A DNA stretch of 33,408 nucleotides from Candidatus Eiseniibacteriota bacterium (GCA_043818685.1 JBDRFQ010000213.1:1-33408); one strand, 5' to 3'; positions 7,777 to 18,870 are shown, counted from the first letter of the stretch. Numbers and translations: made by a program. Notes: generated by a model from the sequence alone, not told the origin.

Positions 7777-8556
7777 TCATCGGAACGCAAAGAAGAGAAC
7801 ACCGTCGAACCGAAACGCCCCCGAGGAGGGTTGGAGATAGGCGAGAAGAGGAACCTCGACGACCCTTCCCGCCCCGGCCGATGCGTGGTGGAGGGTACGG
7901 CGCCCGAGCAGGAGCCCCTCGTGCGAGACGAGAAAACCGTTCCGGACGTTCTTCTCGGCGACGAAGGCGACCCCGCACGCGGGGGGAAGGCGATCGAGGA
8001 CCTCTTCGTTCAGGAGTTCGCACGGGAGATACCGGACGATCATCTCCCTCTCCCAGGGGATCGGGAGGAGCGGCTCGCCGTTCTCCTTCCGGTTGAGAAA
8101 GACCCGGACCGCCTGGAGAAGCGAGTCCGGCCCCGCTCGAGAGGTGATCTCCTCGAAGAAGGGAGAGGAGCTGATCCGGTCGGTCGTGAAGTGGTAGCGC
8201 GCCGCGTAGGAGGGGGTTCCGTCCCTGTAGTGGATCCGCCGGATCGCGGTTCTTGCGTCATCGAGAGAGCGCGCGTGGACGAGGGCGGCGTCCGTCACCA
8301 CCAGAACCGTGCAGTCCGCCCGGTCGAGCCTGAAGAGCGGATCCGTGTCCGGCTCCGCCTCTTCGCCGAGGCAGCCGAGCGCGTAGAGAGTCCCGACGCG
8401 GAGCGGCGCGAGCGCGAGCAGCTTCTCCTCCGTGGTCAGCGCCGCCCATCGCTCCCCGCGGAGGAGCGAATCGATCGCGGCGGGATCCGGTCGATCGAGA
8501 AGCGGAGAGGCCTCGCGCGTCAAGGCGAGAGAGAGAAGGAGGAGCGCTCCGATCAT
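7777..8556 (-). CDS. Secreted DUF1460-like (AmiA-like / papain-fold-like) protein, 259 aa
   Basis: It has a signal peptide MIGALLLLSLALT. The motif YALGCLGEEAEPDTDPLFRLDRADCTVLVVTDAALVHA resembles what I remember of the DUF1460 family; the functional call is tentative. Its ATG overlaps the stop of the upstream gene (ATGA at 8553-8556). The 656-aa track ORF is a spurious extension. Confidence 0.6.
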   Translation of the reverse strand: MIGALLLLSLALTREASPLLDRPDPAAIDSLLRGERWAALTTEEKLLALAPLRVGTLYALGCLGEEAEPDTDPLFRLDRADCTVLVVTDAALVHARSLDDARTAIRRIHYRDGTPSYAARYHFTTDRISSSPFFEEITSRAGPDSLLQAVRVFLNRKENGEPLLPIPWEREMIVRYLPCELLNEEVLDRLPPACGVAFVAEKNVRNGFLVSHEGLLLGRRTLHHASAGAGRVVEVPLLAYLQPSSGAFRFDGVLFFAFR

Positions 8557-10315
8557 CGTTCCCCTCCGTGCCGCCGCAGGCTGTCGGCGGGCGCGCGGTC
8601 CCGCGCTTCTTCCCCCTTCTCCCCGCGCTCGAGGAGAAGGCGCGCCAGGTTCCTGCGGGCGCTTTCGAGATTCGGATCGAGCCTCGCCGCCTCGCGGAGA
8701 AGGAGAAGCGCCTCCTCCTCTCTCCCCTCGCCGAGGAGCAGGAGGGCGAGGTCGTTGCGGAGCCCCGCGTCGCGCGGAAGCCCGCGGAGCGCAACCTCCA
8801 TCTCCAGAAGGGCCTCCTTCTCCCTCCCCTCCTCGAGCAGAAGATACGCGAGCCGCTTCCGAATCGCGGGGCGCTCCGGGACGAGGCGGAGCGCCTCCCG
8901 GTACTCCTCGATCGCCCGGACTCTCTCCCCTTCCTCGGCGAAGAGCATCGCTCGGTTTACATGTAGAGGCAGGTAGCCCTCCCGTCTCGGATCGAAATCG
9001 ATCGGCCGGGCGGCGAAGACGATGATGGCCGCGCCGGCGAGGATTCCGGCGATCCCCGCCGCGCGGGCCCAGCGGCGCGAACGGAGGGTCGAGACGGTTG
9101 CGCGGACCCCCTCGGCGGCGAAGAGGATGAGGAACGGGACCGCGGGCAGCCGGTACCGCGAGAAGACATAGAAGGCGACGAGCGCGGCGAACACCGACAG
9201 CGCCCCCGCGTAGAGGAGGAAGAGGGACCGGAGTCGCCGGAGAGAAAGGACCATTCCGAGGAGAGCGAAGACCGCCACCGGGCCGAACGTGAGAGGAAAG
9301 AGGCGGAGGGCGAGAAAACGATCCCTCATGTAGTAGAAGTTCTCGTTGTCGGGAAGCTCGAGCGCGCTCCAGAAGAGAAGAGCCTTCCTCCCGAGAAGCG
9401 CGGCGGCCTCCCGGGGACGAGCGCGCATCCACCGGAGCCCCTCGCCGTACCAGTAGCGGGAGACCGCCCCCGCGGGGATCTCCCTTCCGAGACGGCGCAC
9501 CGCCTCCGCGCGGAAGTCCTCCTCCTCGTAGCGTGGATCGGGGCGGACAAAGGGGAGGCTCGTGTAGGTCCCCTCGGCGCGCTCGTTGTTTCCGATGTAG
9601 AAGTTCTGTCCCCCCTGCGAGGTCACGAGAATCCACTCTCCGGAGACCGCGTGGTTTCGAAGCGCGACCGGAGCGACCGCGCACGCCCCTCCGAGAAGGA
9701 CGAGAAGGGCCCTGCGACGGCTGCCGCTCCCGGGCATCCTCCCCCACGCGACCCCGCGGCCGCGGCGAGGAGCAGGACCAGGGCGTTTTCCCGCACGAGG
9801 GACGCGAGGCCGAGAAGGAGCCCCGCCGCGAGGGCGGACCTCCCCCCCCTCCCCGCGAGAAGGGAGAAGACCCCGGCGAGGACGAGAAAGACTCCGAGCG
9901 AGGTCTTCATGATCTGCGCCTCGAAGAACGGGAAGGGGGCGTGGAGCGCGGCCGCCGCCCCGGCCAGCAGGCCCGCCGGGAACCCGAGAAGAAGGGTCCC
10001 GATGCGCGCGATCAGGACGACCGAGACGCATCCGAGGAGGATCTGAAGGAACCTGGCCGAGTCGAGGTCGCGCCCGGCGACCGCGTACACCCCCGCGAGA
10101 AAGTAGGAGTAGAGGGGGGCCTGGTAGAACGCGCGTCCCGGCGCGGGGCTCTCCCCCTCGAGAATCGCGGCGGCCTTTCGATCATAGGATCCCGGGTCGA
10201 GAAGCAGACGGTTCGAGAATTCATAGTCCTTGAGGTCAAAAAGATAAAGAAGGCGCAGCGCGACCGCGAGAAGAAAGAGCGCGACGAGAAGAGAGCGCTG
10301 ACGCGTATTCCACAC
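8553..10315 (-). pseudogene. GT39/ArnT-like membrane glycosyltransferase with C-terminal TPR repeats, split by an apparent 1-nt frameshift near 9735-9775
   Basis: The N-terminal part is in frame 9623..10315, with a GTG start (..YQAPLYSYFLAGVYAVAG..LVRENALVLLLAAAA). It continues in another frame, 8553..~9740 (..RRRALLVLLGGACAVAPVALRNHAVSGEWILVTSQGGQNFYIGNN..FWSALELPDNENFYY.., more TM helices, then TPR-like repeats EEYREALRL.., LLEMEVALR.., LLLLREAARLDP). As far as I recall, these two halves form one polypeptide in this family. G/C homopolymer runs at 9741-9745 and 9752-9755 lie at the junction. Confidence 0.6.
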
Positions 10316-10381
10316 GGCGGGCCCGGCCCGTCCTTCCCGGCCTGCGGCAGTCTGTTGCGGCCCTGGCGGCGCTCCGCCCGC

Positions 10382-11740
10382 TCAAGCTAGCACGGCGTCC
10401 CGGCGCTCCGCAAGAAGCCTCCGGAAGAGCGTTCTCATCTCCCCCGCGAGATAGAGAGACCCGGTAATGACGAGCGGCCGCCCCCCCTGCCGGGCGAGTG
10501 CGGTCCGCAGGGCTTCCCCGGCGTCCCGAACAACGAGGCAGGGGATGCGGGCGTCCACCTTCCGGAGGATCGAGAGGAGCTCGTCGGCGGGGCGGCGCCT
10601 CGGATGGGCGGACTCGGTGAGAACGACCTCCGCGGCGCCCGGAAGAAGACGGCGAAAGATGACCGCGTGTTCCTTCCCCTTGGTCCCGCCGAAGACGAGC
10701 AGGCACCTCCGCCCCGGATAGAGATCCGCCGTGAGACGCGCGAGCGCATCGGCGGAATGCCCGTTGTGGGCCCCGTCGAGAAGGACCGGGGGATCCGCGC
10801 GGAGCAGCTCGCCGCGCCCCGCCCATCGCGCGCCCCGGAGCGCCTGCCGCGCCGCCCCCTCGTCGATCGCGGGGAGAAGAAGGGAGAGAGCCTGGATCGC
10901 GGAGGCAGCGTTGGCCGCCTGGTGCTCGCCGAGAAGACCGAGTCGAATCCCCCGCCAGACCGCGCCCTTCCCCTCGTAGTCGAACCGTGTCCCTCCCTCA
11001 TCGACCGCGAGGAAACGGGACCGGAAGTCGACGCCGTGGAGGCGGACGCGCGCCCCGATCTCCCGCGCCCTTCCGAGGAAGAACCTCTCGACCCGAGGAG
11101 ACTGTTTTCCGATCACGACCGCGCCGTTCGCGCGCACGATCCCCGCTTTTTCCGCGGCGATCGCCAGGACGTTCCGGCCGAGCGCGCGCATGTGGTCCCG
11201 GCTCACCGGGGTGAGGACCGACACTTCCGGCTCCGCCGTGTTCGTCGCGTCGAGCCGCCCCCCGAGACCGACCTCGAGCACCGCCCAGTCGACCTTCTCT
11301 TCGGCGAAGTAGAGGAACGCGGCGGCGGTCAGCGTTTCGAAGTAGGTCCGCGACCGTCCGACCTCGCGGAAGTAGGGGAGAGATGCTTCGAGCCTCTCGA
11401 TCCTCTCGGCGAAGGCCGCGCGCGGAATCGGAACCTCGTTCAGGCGGATCCTCTCGCGGACGTCGGAGAGGTGCGGCGATGTGTAGAGCCCGACCTTGTG
11501 GCCGTGGGCCCTTAGGAGACGTGCCAAGAGATACGAGGTCGAGCCCTTCCCCTTGGTTCCGGCGACAAGGACCGTCGGATAGCGGAGCTGGGGATCCCCG
11601 AGGCCGGCCAGGCTTTCGCGGAAGAGGTCGAGCCGGATCGACTCGGAGGTGAAGGCGAGGCCCGCCTCCCTTTCCCAGTTCACCAGGCGGTCGAGGAAGG
11701 CGAGGGCCCGGCGGTAGCGTGTCCCGGCCGCCCCTACCAC
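10382..11740 (-). CDS. folC: Bifunctional folylpolyglutamate synthase / dihydrofolate synthase
   Basis: The product contains [18 protein letters not shown] (P-loop), [27 protein letters not shown] and [10 protein letters not shown]. The GTG start at 11738-11740 overlaps the end of the upstream gene. Confidence 0.9.
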   Translation of the reverse strand: MVGAAGTRYRRALAFLDRLVNWEREAGLAFTSESIRLDLFRESLAGLGDPQLRYPTVLVAGTKGKGSTSYLLARLLRAHGHKVGLYTSPHLSDVRERIRLNEVPIPRAAFAERIERLEASLPYFREVGRSRTYFETLTAAAFLYFAEEKVDWAVLEVGLGGRLDATNTAEPEVSVLTPVSRDHMRALGRNVLAIAAEKAGIVRANGAVVIGKQSPRVERFFLGRAREIGARVRLHGVDFRSRFLAVDEGGTRFDYEGKGAVWRGIRLGLLGEHQAANAASAIQALSLLLPAIDEGAARQALRGARWAGRGELLRADPPVLLDGAHNGHSADALARLTADLYPGRRCLLVFGGTKGKEHAVIFRRLLPGAAEVVLTESAHPRRRPADELLSILRKVDARIPCLVVRDAGEALRTALARQGGRPLVITGSLYLAGEMRTLFRRLLAERRDAVLA

Positions 11741-12426
11741 GTCTCCCCTTCCACTTCGAAGACCTCGGTCCCCTCCGGCGGCTCGAACCGGAAGACCGAC
11801 TCATCGATGCGGGGGTTTCGGGCATACCGGGAGAAGGCGAACCACGAGTGATCGCCCGAGACCTCCCAAAAATCGGTGCGCACGGGGAGCGCGTCCGCCC
11901 GGCGCACGACGACGCGGATCTCACGGACCTCTTCCGCGAGCACGCTTCCCTCCTTCGGGTGCAGGACGAGGACATCGGTCGCCGCCCCTGTCGAGTCCTC
12001 GTCCCGCATTCCGAGCACGTCGAAGTTTCGCTCGAGGCCGGCCAGCGTCCCGCGGATGGCGAGGAAAAGGCCGGGAAGCGTCGATTCCGGATCGATGTCG
12101 TAGCGGTGCGCCTGCCGGAGGCTCGGGTAGTAGAGCCAGACATGGCCCTCCCCGATCACGACGAGATTCGAGTCCGGATCCGCGTACTGGAGGAGAAGCC
12201 GGTCGGGGGCGCGGAAGAACAGCTCGCCGGAAGAGAGGATCTTCTCATCGAAGAGGGGCACGTCCCTTCCGTGAACGAACGAGGCGCGGAGGTCGACGAG
12301 GTCCGCGTTCACCGCCCGGAGGCGCGCGAGGATCTCCTCGGCCCCTCCGAACGCGGGAGCGTGGCCGAGCGCGAGAAGAGCCGCGGCGAGAACACACGGC
12401 GCGGCCGCACCTCTCCGGAGAGACAC
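11734..12426 (-). CDS. LolA-like outer-membrane lipoprotein carrier family protein, 230 aa
   Basis: The GTG at 12424-12426 lies 7 nt after GGGAGG. The signal peptide is [23 protein letters not shown]. The body ([66 protein letters not shown]) fits the LolA fold pattern. The 451-aa track ORF is a spurious extension. Confidence 0.7.
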   Translation of the reverse strand: MSLRRGAAAPCVLAAALLALGHAPAFGGAEEILARLRAVNADLVDLRASFVHGRDVPLFDEKILSSGELFFRAPDRLLLQYADPDSNLVVIGEGHVWLYYPSLRQAHRYDIDPESTLPGLFLAIRGTLAGLERNFDVLGMRDEDSTGAATDVLVLHPKEGSVLAEEVREIRVVVRRADALPVRTDFWEVSGDHSWFAFSRYARNPRIDESVFRFEPPEGTEVFEVEGETW

Positions 12427-12485
12427 AAGCAAACCTCCCGAGGACGCAATCCGTTCCGGGGAAAGGAGACCGAAGAAACGCGCGG

Positions 12486-13052
12486 CTACTGCTTCTTCCT
12501 CGCCGCCTCCCGCTCGATCTCCACGAGCGCCTCCTCCGCAAAGAAACGGACGAGATCGTCCGCGTCCCCCTTTGCCCGCTCGAGCGCGGGCCGCGCCCGC
12601 GGATCCCCGATCAGGCCGAGCGAGTAGGCGGCGGACTGGCGGATCGAAGCGATCGCGTCCGAAAGAGCGGCGATGAGCGGGTCCACTGCATCCTTGCTCC
12701 TCTGCCGTCCGAGCGCCTCGGCGGCCGCGGTCCGGACGGGGACCTCGGGGTCGGACGCGAAGAGCGCGAGGAGCGGTCCCGCGACGCGGGGGTCTTCGAA
12801 GAAGCCGAGCGTGAAGGCGACATACCGCCGTGCGTCCGGCGATTCGTGTTCGAGCGCCGCCAGAAGAGGAGCGACGGAATCGTCGCCGAGCACGCGAAGC
12901 TTGATGAACATCCGATTGCGCATCGGATCGTTCTTTTCGGCGATCGCGGTGATCATCGTCTGCAGATAGCGATTCGCTTCCTCCTCCGGGGTCTCGGCCA
13001 TCACCGAGACCGCCAGGAAGAGCGCGAAGACAGCGATCAAAGGACGATTCAT
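12486..13052 (-). CDS. Secreted HEAT-repeat protein
   Basis: It has a signal peptide [26 protein letters not shown]-lyase-like units repeat through the body ([72 protein letters not shown]). Confidence 0.8.
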   Translation of the reverse strand: MNRPLIAVFALFLAVSVMAETPEEEANRYLQTMITAIAEKNDPMRNRMFIKLRVLGDDSVAPLLAALEHESPDARRYVAFTLGFFEDPRVAGPLLALFASDPEVPVRTAAAEALGRQRSKDAVDPLIAALSDAIASIRQSAAYSLGLIGDPRARPALERAKGDADDLVRFFAEEALVEIEREAARKKQ

Positions 13053-13110
13053 GTCGCCTCGACTCCCGAGCCCCTCGGAGAGGGCTCAAGCCTGGAAACC
13101 CCCTTCCGTC

Positions 13111-13308
13111 CTAGCCGTGCGGCAGGAGCCGCTTCATCTTCTTCTCGTCCCCCCTCGCGAGAATGGAGGACTTGCGCAAACGCCGCTTCCTTTTCGGGGA
13201 CTTCCCCGACAGCAGATGGCTGGCGAACGCGTGGTTGTAGCGGAGCTTCCCCGTGCCGGTCTTGCGGAAGCGCTTGGCCGCGCTCCGATTCGTCTTCATC
13301 TTCGGCAT
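13111..13308 (-). CDS. rpmI: 50S ribosomal protein L35
   Basis: [65 protein letters not shown] is canonical bL35. The true ATG is at 13306-13308; the track ORF starts further upstream. Confidence 0.93.
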   Translation of the reverse strand: MPKMKTNRSAAKRFRKTGTGKLRYNHAFASHLLSGKSPKRKRRLRKSSILARGDEKKMKRLLPHG

Positions 13309-13316
13309 GCTGGTTC

Positions 13317-13514
13317 CTACCTCTGTTGCCTTTCGCGAAGCTTCGCGCAGCACGCGACCGCATCGCCTTCCGTTTGATGGGACATGCCGCATACCTTGCA
13401 CCGGTGTCTCCCACCGACGCGCCCTTCCTTCTGAGCCTTCTGAAACAGGATGTCAAACGTGCTGTTGGGGCTCGCTTTGATGAGAACAGACGAACTCTCG
13501 CGATTCCTTCGCAC
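13317..13514 (-). CDS. Hypothetical small CxxC...CC protein (65 aa)
   Basis: AGGAGG (13523-13528) lies 8 nt upstream of GTG 13512-13514. The product is ..[45 protein letters not shown]. The region has lower GC than its surroundings. I recognise no family. It is in the same frame as rpsU (see finding). Confidence 0.4.
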   Translation of the reverse strand: MRRNRESSSVLIKASPNSTFDILFQKAQKEGRVGGRHRCKVCGMSHQTEGDAVACCAKLRERQQR

Positions 13515-13601
13515 CGCAAGTTCCTCCTCTTCGTCAAGAGCGGTCTTGCCAGCTTGTTTGAACGAAACGGGTATCGGGTATCTGCGGCTTTCTTGTCCTC
13601 C

Positions 13602-13799
13602 TTAGCGAGTAGCCTTGAGAGCCTCGGTCCGGCGCCTCTTCTCCGCCTTCAGTGCCTTCTTGCGGCGCCGTTCGCTCGGCTTGAGGAAGCGAGCCTTCTT
13701 CCGCATGTCCTGGACGATCCCGTCCTTCTCGCATTTCTTCTTGAAACGCCGGATCGCCTTGTCGATCGGCTCGCCGTCTTTGACCTTCACCCGAGACAT
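13602..13799 (-). CDS. rpsU: 30S ribosomal protein S21
   Basis: [65 protein letters not shown] is canonical bS21. The true ATG is at 13797-13799. Confidence 0.93.
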   Translation of the reverse strand: MSRVKVKDGEPIDKAIRRFKKKCEKDGIVQDMRKKARFLKPSERRRKKALKAEKRRRTEALKATR

Positions 13800-14181
13800 T
13801 CTGGCATCACAACCTTTCGTCGATGGCCGGCAGGGATCCTGCCGAGAACAGACCAGGGGGGGGCCCATGCGGCGCAAAGCCCACATACTACCCGAGGTTA
13901 TCGGCAAATGTATCATAGACTTCCGGGCTGTCAAGCGAAAAAGGGCCGCGCGGACGGGGCCCGGCCGCGCCCCCGGCGGCGGAACGCGCCGTCCGGAGCC
14001 CCCCCGCACGCGCCTCCATACGGCGGCCCCGCAGGGCCTCCCCCCCGAGAAACGGTGAACCGCCTCCGGGAGAGGGACGCTCGCTTCTCCGACAAAGCGG
14101 CCAAGCCAAAAAGGCATGACTCGTGTCGAGATGGCCGTCCGCCGGGCGTCCCGGGGAACCGCGGTTCCCACGGCCCCGTTC

Positions 14182-14210
14182 TTGACCTGCCGAAGTTCAC
14201 GTGCTATAAA
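14182..14210 (+). promoter_or_regulatory. Sigma70-type promoter of the enhancer-binding-protein gene (TTGACC-N17-TATAAA)
   Basis: The -35 is at 14182-14187 and the -10 at 14205-14210. The ATG at 14226 is only ~9 nt from the predicted start site, so the leader is very short. Confidence 0.6.
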
Positions 14211-14225
14211 AGGTTCGGGGATCCG

Positions 14226-15725
<1,500 letters not shown>

Positions 15726-15807
15726 GACCGCCCCGCACTCGTCCGGGGGGCTCGGTCGCGGAGGCCGGCTCCCCTCGTTCTCGCGGCTGATGATTCATGG
15801 ATCAAGC

Positions 15808-15839
15808 ACGAGCGGGGGAGCTCCCGCCCCCCCGCTCGT
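15808..15839. terminator. GC-rich hairpin between the convergent bEBP and ppdK genes (possible bidirectional terminator)
   Basis: The 10-11 bp stem is ACGAGCGGGG(G) / (C)CCCCGCTCGT. There is no clear U-tract on either side. Confidence 0.35.
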
Positions 15840-15865
15840 TCGGGCGGCGCCGCGCGGGTCCGGCG

Positions 15866-18703
15866 TTACCGGCGCGCGGCTTTCCTCTTGGCGGTCTTCT
15901 TCGCCGCCTTCTTGGGCGCCTTGCTGGAGGCCTTCTTGCCCCCCTTCACCCAAGCCGGAGCCGCCGGGCCCCCCTTCTCCTCGAGCGCGGCGTGCGCGGC
16001 GGCGAGCCTGGCGATCGGCACGCGGAACGGCGAGCAGCTCACGTAGTCGAGCCCGATCCGATGACAGAAGGCGACGGACGAGGGCTCCCCCCCGTGCTCG
16101 CCGCAGATCCCGATCTTGAGGCCGGGCTTCGCCTTTCTCCCCTTCTCCACGCCGATCCGCATGAGAAGCCCCACCCCCGTCTGGTCGACCATCGCGAACG
16201 GATCCGCGGGTAGGATCCCGTGCTCGACGTAGAAGGGAAGGAAGCGTCCCGCGTCGTCCCGGGAGAGGCCGAAGGTCGTCTGGGTGAGGTCGTTCGTCCC
16301 GAACGAGAAGAACTCCGCCTCCTCCGCGATCTCGTCCGCGGTGAGCGCCGCCCGGGGAAGCTCGATCATCGTGCCGACGAGGTAGGGGACCTTCACCCCC
16401 CGCTCGGCCATCACCTCGCGGGCGACCCGGTCGACGATCTTCCTCTGGAGCTCGAGCTCCTTCTTCGTCGCCACGAGCGGGATCATCACCTCGGGAAGGA
16501 CCTTGCGCCCCTCCTTCTTCACGATGCAGGCGGCCTCCATGATCGCTCGCGCCTGCATCTCGGTGATCTCCTCGAACACGATGCCGAGACGGCATCCCCG
16601 ATGCCCGAGCATCGGGTTCATCTCATGCAGGCTCTCGACGATCTCCTGCAGAAGTTTCGGTTTGACGCCCATCTTCCCGGCGAGGTCGCGGATCTCCTTC
16701 GGGGTGTGGGGAAGAAACTCGTGCAGAGGCGGGTCCAGCGTGCGGACCGTTACCGGCTTCCCCTCCATCACGCGGAAGATCTCGACGAAGTCCCGCCTTT
16801 GCAGCGGGAGAAGGCTCGCGAGCGCTTTCTTCCGCCCCTCGCGGTCGCGGGCAAGGATCATCTCGCGCACCGCGTCGATCCTGTCCCCCTCGAAGAACAT
16901 GTGCTCGGTCCGCGCGAGGCCGATCCCCTCCGCCCCGAACCGAACCGCACGGAAGGCGTCGACCGGCGTCTCCGCGTTCGTGCGGACCCCGAGCCTGCGA
17001 ATTCCGTCCGCCCAGGACATCACTTTTTCGAAGAGAAGGTAGAGCGAAGACTGCTCGCGCTTCTTCTGGCCGAGAAGAACTTGATTCACCTCGGAGTCGA
17101 CGACGGGGACCTGTCCGAGCATTACCTCGCCGGTGGAGCCGTCCAGGGAGATCCAGTCGCCGCGCCGGACCGTTGCTCCCGTCGCGTGGAAGAGCCCCTT
17201 CTTTCGATCGACGTGAATGCCGCTGCAGCCCGCGACGCAGCACTTCCCGATCCCGCGCGCCACCACGGCCGCGTGCGATGTCATTCCGCCGCGCGAGGTG
17301 AGAATCCCCTGCGCGACCGCCATCCCGTGGATGTCTTCGGGCGAGGTTTCGGTCCGGACGAGGATCACTCTGGCCTTCGGGTCCTTCTTGGTCTCGCCGA
17401 CCGCCTCGTCGGCCGAGAAGACCACGCGCCCCGAAGCCGCTCCCGGCGAAGCGTTGAGGCCCTTCGCAACCACCTTCCTCTCCGCCTTCGGATCGAACAT
17501 CGGGTGCAGGAGCTGATCGAGCTGCCCCGGGTCGACCCGCTTGACCGCCTCTTCCTTGCTGATGAGCCCCTCATCGACCATCTCGACGGCGATACGGATC
17601 GCGGCGACCGCCGTCCGCTTCCCCGAGCGGGTCTGCAGCATCCAAAGCTTCCCCTGCTGCACGGTGAACTCGATGTCCGCCATCTCGCGGTAGTGTTTCT
17701 CGATCTTCTTGTAGTTCTCAACGAGTTCCGCGTAGACCTCCGGCATCTCCTCCTCGAGAGAGATCAGCTCGCTCTCCCCCTTCGCCGCGAGGTTGATCGG
17801 ATGGGGCGTACGGATGCCGGCGACCACGTCCTCTCCCTGTGCGTTGGTGAGGTACTCGCCGTAGAACACTCTCTCGCCTGTTGCCGGGTCGCGCGTGAAG
17901 GCGACGCCCGTCGCGCTCGTCTCGCCGAGGTTTCCGAAGACCATCGCCTGGACGTTCGCGGCGGTTCCCCAATCGTTCGGGATCCTGTGGAGCCGCCGGT
18001 ACTCGACCGCGCGCTTCCCGTCCCAGGAACCGAACACGGCTCCCACGGCTCCCCAGAGCTGCTCGATGGGATCCTCGGGGAAGGGCTTCCCAGTCTCCTC
18101 CCGCACGATCTGCTTGAACTCGGCCACCAGCTCCTTCAGGGCCTCCGCGGGGAGGTCCTTGTCGAGTCGGACGCGGCGCCTCCTCTTCTTCCTCTCGAGC
18201 AGCTCCTCGAGCCTCTCGCCGTCCACCGAGAGGACCACGTCCCCGTACATCTGGACGAAGCGGCGGTAGCAGTCGTAGGCGGCCCGCGGGTCGCCCATCC
18301 GCTCGATGAGGCCTCGGATCGTGTCGTCGTTCAGGCCGATGTTGAGGACGGTGTCCATCATGCCGGGCATCGAGACCCGAGCCCCGGAGCGAACGGAGAG
18401 AAGCAAGGGGTTCTTCGGATCGCCGAACCGGGCGTCCATCATCTTCTCGACACGCTTCAGGTGCTCCTTCGCCTCTTCCTTCAGTCCGGACGGGAACTTC
18501 TTGCCGAGATTCTGGTACTCCGTGCACACCTCGGTCGTGATCGTGAATCCGGCGGGCACCCGAATCCCGATTCGGTTCATCTCCGCCAGGTCGGCCCCTT
18601 TGCCGCCGAGGAGGCCCCGCAGCTTCGCGTGGCCCTCCGCGCGTCCGGCGCCGAACGAATAGACTCGCTTCCTCCGCTTGCTCTTCTGGGTGCTCATCTG
18701 CAT
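15866..18703 (-). CDS. ppdK: Pyruvate, phosphate dikinase with a Lys/Ala-rich C-terminal extension
   Basis: The PPDK match is full-length: KRVYSFG..GKGADLAEM, the phosphohistidine region GGMTSHAAVVARG, and the PEP/pyruvate domain ..GICGEHGGEPSSV..SCSPFRVPIARLAAA. ATG 18701-18703 (MQMSTQ) or 18695-18697 follows GGAAGGAG. The track start at 18724 is less likely. Confidence 0.93.
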   Translation of the reverse strand: MQMSTQKSKRRKRVYSFGAGRAEGHAKLRGLLGGKGADLAEMNRIGIRVPAGFTITTEVCTEYQNLGKKFPSGLKEEAKEHLKRVEKMMDARFGDPKNPLLLSVRSGARVSMPGMMDTVLNIGLNDDTIRGLIERMGDPRAAYDCYRRFVQMYGDVVLSVDGERLEELLERKKRRRRVRLDKDLPAEALKELVAEFKQIVREETGKPFPEDPIEQLWGAVGAVFGSWDGKRAVEYRRLHRIPNDWGTAANVQAMVFGNLGETSATGVAFTRDPATGERVFYGEYLTNAQGEDVVAGIRTPHPINLAAKGESELISLEEEMPEVYAELVENYKKIEKHYREMADIEFTVQQGKLWMLQTRSGKRTAVAAIRIAVEMVDEGLISKEEAVKRVDPGQLDQLLHPMFDPKAERKVVAKGLNASPGAASGRVVFSADEAVGETKKDPKARVILVRTETSPEDIHGMAVAQGILTSRGGMTSHAAVVARGIGKCCVAGCSGIHVDRKKGLFHATGATVRRGDWISLDGSTGEVMLGQVPVVDSEVNQVLLGQKKREQSSLYLLFEKVMSWADGIRRLGVRTNAETPVDAFRAVRFGAEGIGLARTEHMFFEGDRIDAVREMILARDREGRKKALASLLPLQRRDFVEIFRVMEGKPVTVRTLDPPLHEFLPHTPKEIRDLAGKMGVKPKLLQEIVESLHEMNPMLGHRGCRLGIVFEEITEMQARAIMEAACIVKKEGRKVLPEVMIPLVATKKELELQRKIVDRVAREVMAERGVKVPYLVGTMIELPRAALTADEIAEEAEFFSFGTNDLTQTTFGLSRDDAGRFLPFYVEHGILPADPFAMVDQTGVGLLMRIGVEKGRKAKPGLKIGICGEHGGEPSSVAFCHRIGLDYVSCSPFRVPIARLAAAHAALEEKGGPAAPAWVKGGKKASSKAPKKAAKKTAKRKAARR

Positions 18704-18841
18704 GTCGCTCCTTCCGGCAGACATCTCTCGCGCGCGGGGTCACCGTGGACGCCGCTCGAACCCCCCAAGGACAGGACAGAAACGCCTCGCCGCGGCGGTC
18801 GCCTACCGGCCCGGGAGAGGCTGTTGAAACGCAGTCACTGC

Positions 18842-18870
18842 AGTCTAACACAGGGAGAAATCGGCCGCAA
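18842..18870 (-). promoter_or_regulatory. Candidate sigma70 promoter for ppdK (TTGCGG-N17-TAGACT)
   Basis: The -35 is at 18865-18870 and the -10 at 18842-18847 (minus strand). The leader is ~130 nt. Confidence 0.45.

Noticed and set aside
7288-9747. ORFs 7288..8976 (+, 562 aa) and 7777..9747 (-, 656 aa)
   Set aside because: The plus-strand ORF is antisense to, or out of frame with, the DUF1460-like and GT39/TPR genes. Only the last 259 codons of the minus-strand ORF look like a real protein, with a signal peptide at MIGALLLL. Its upstream part is the wrong frame of the TPR region.
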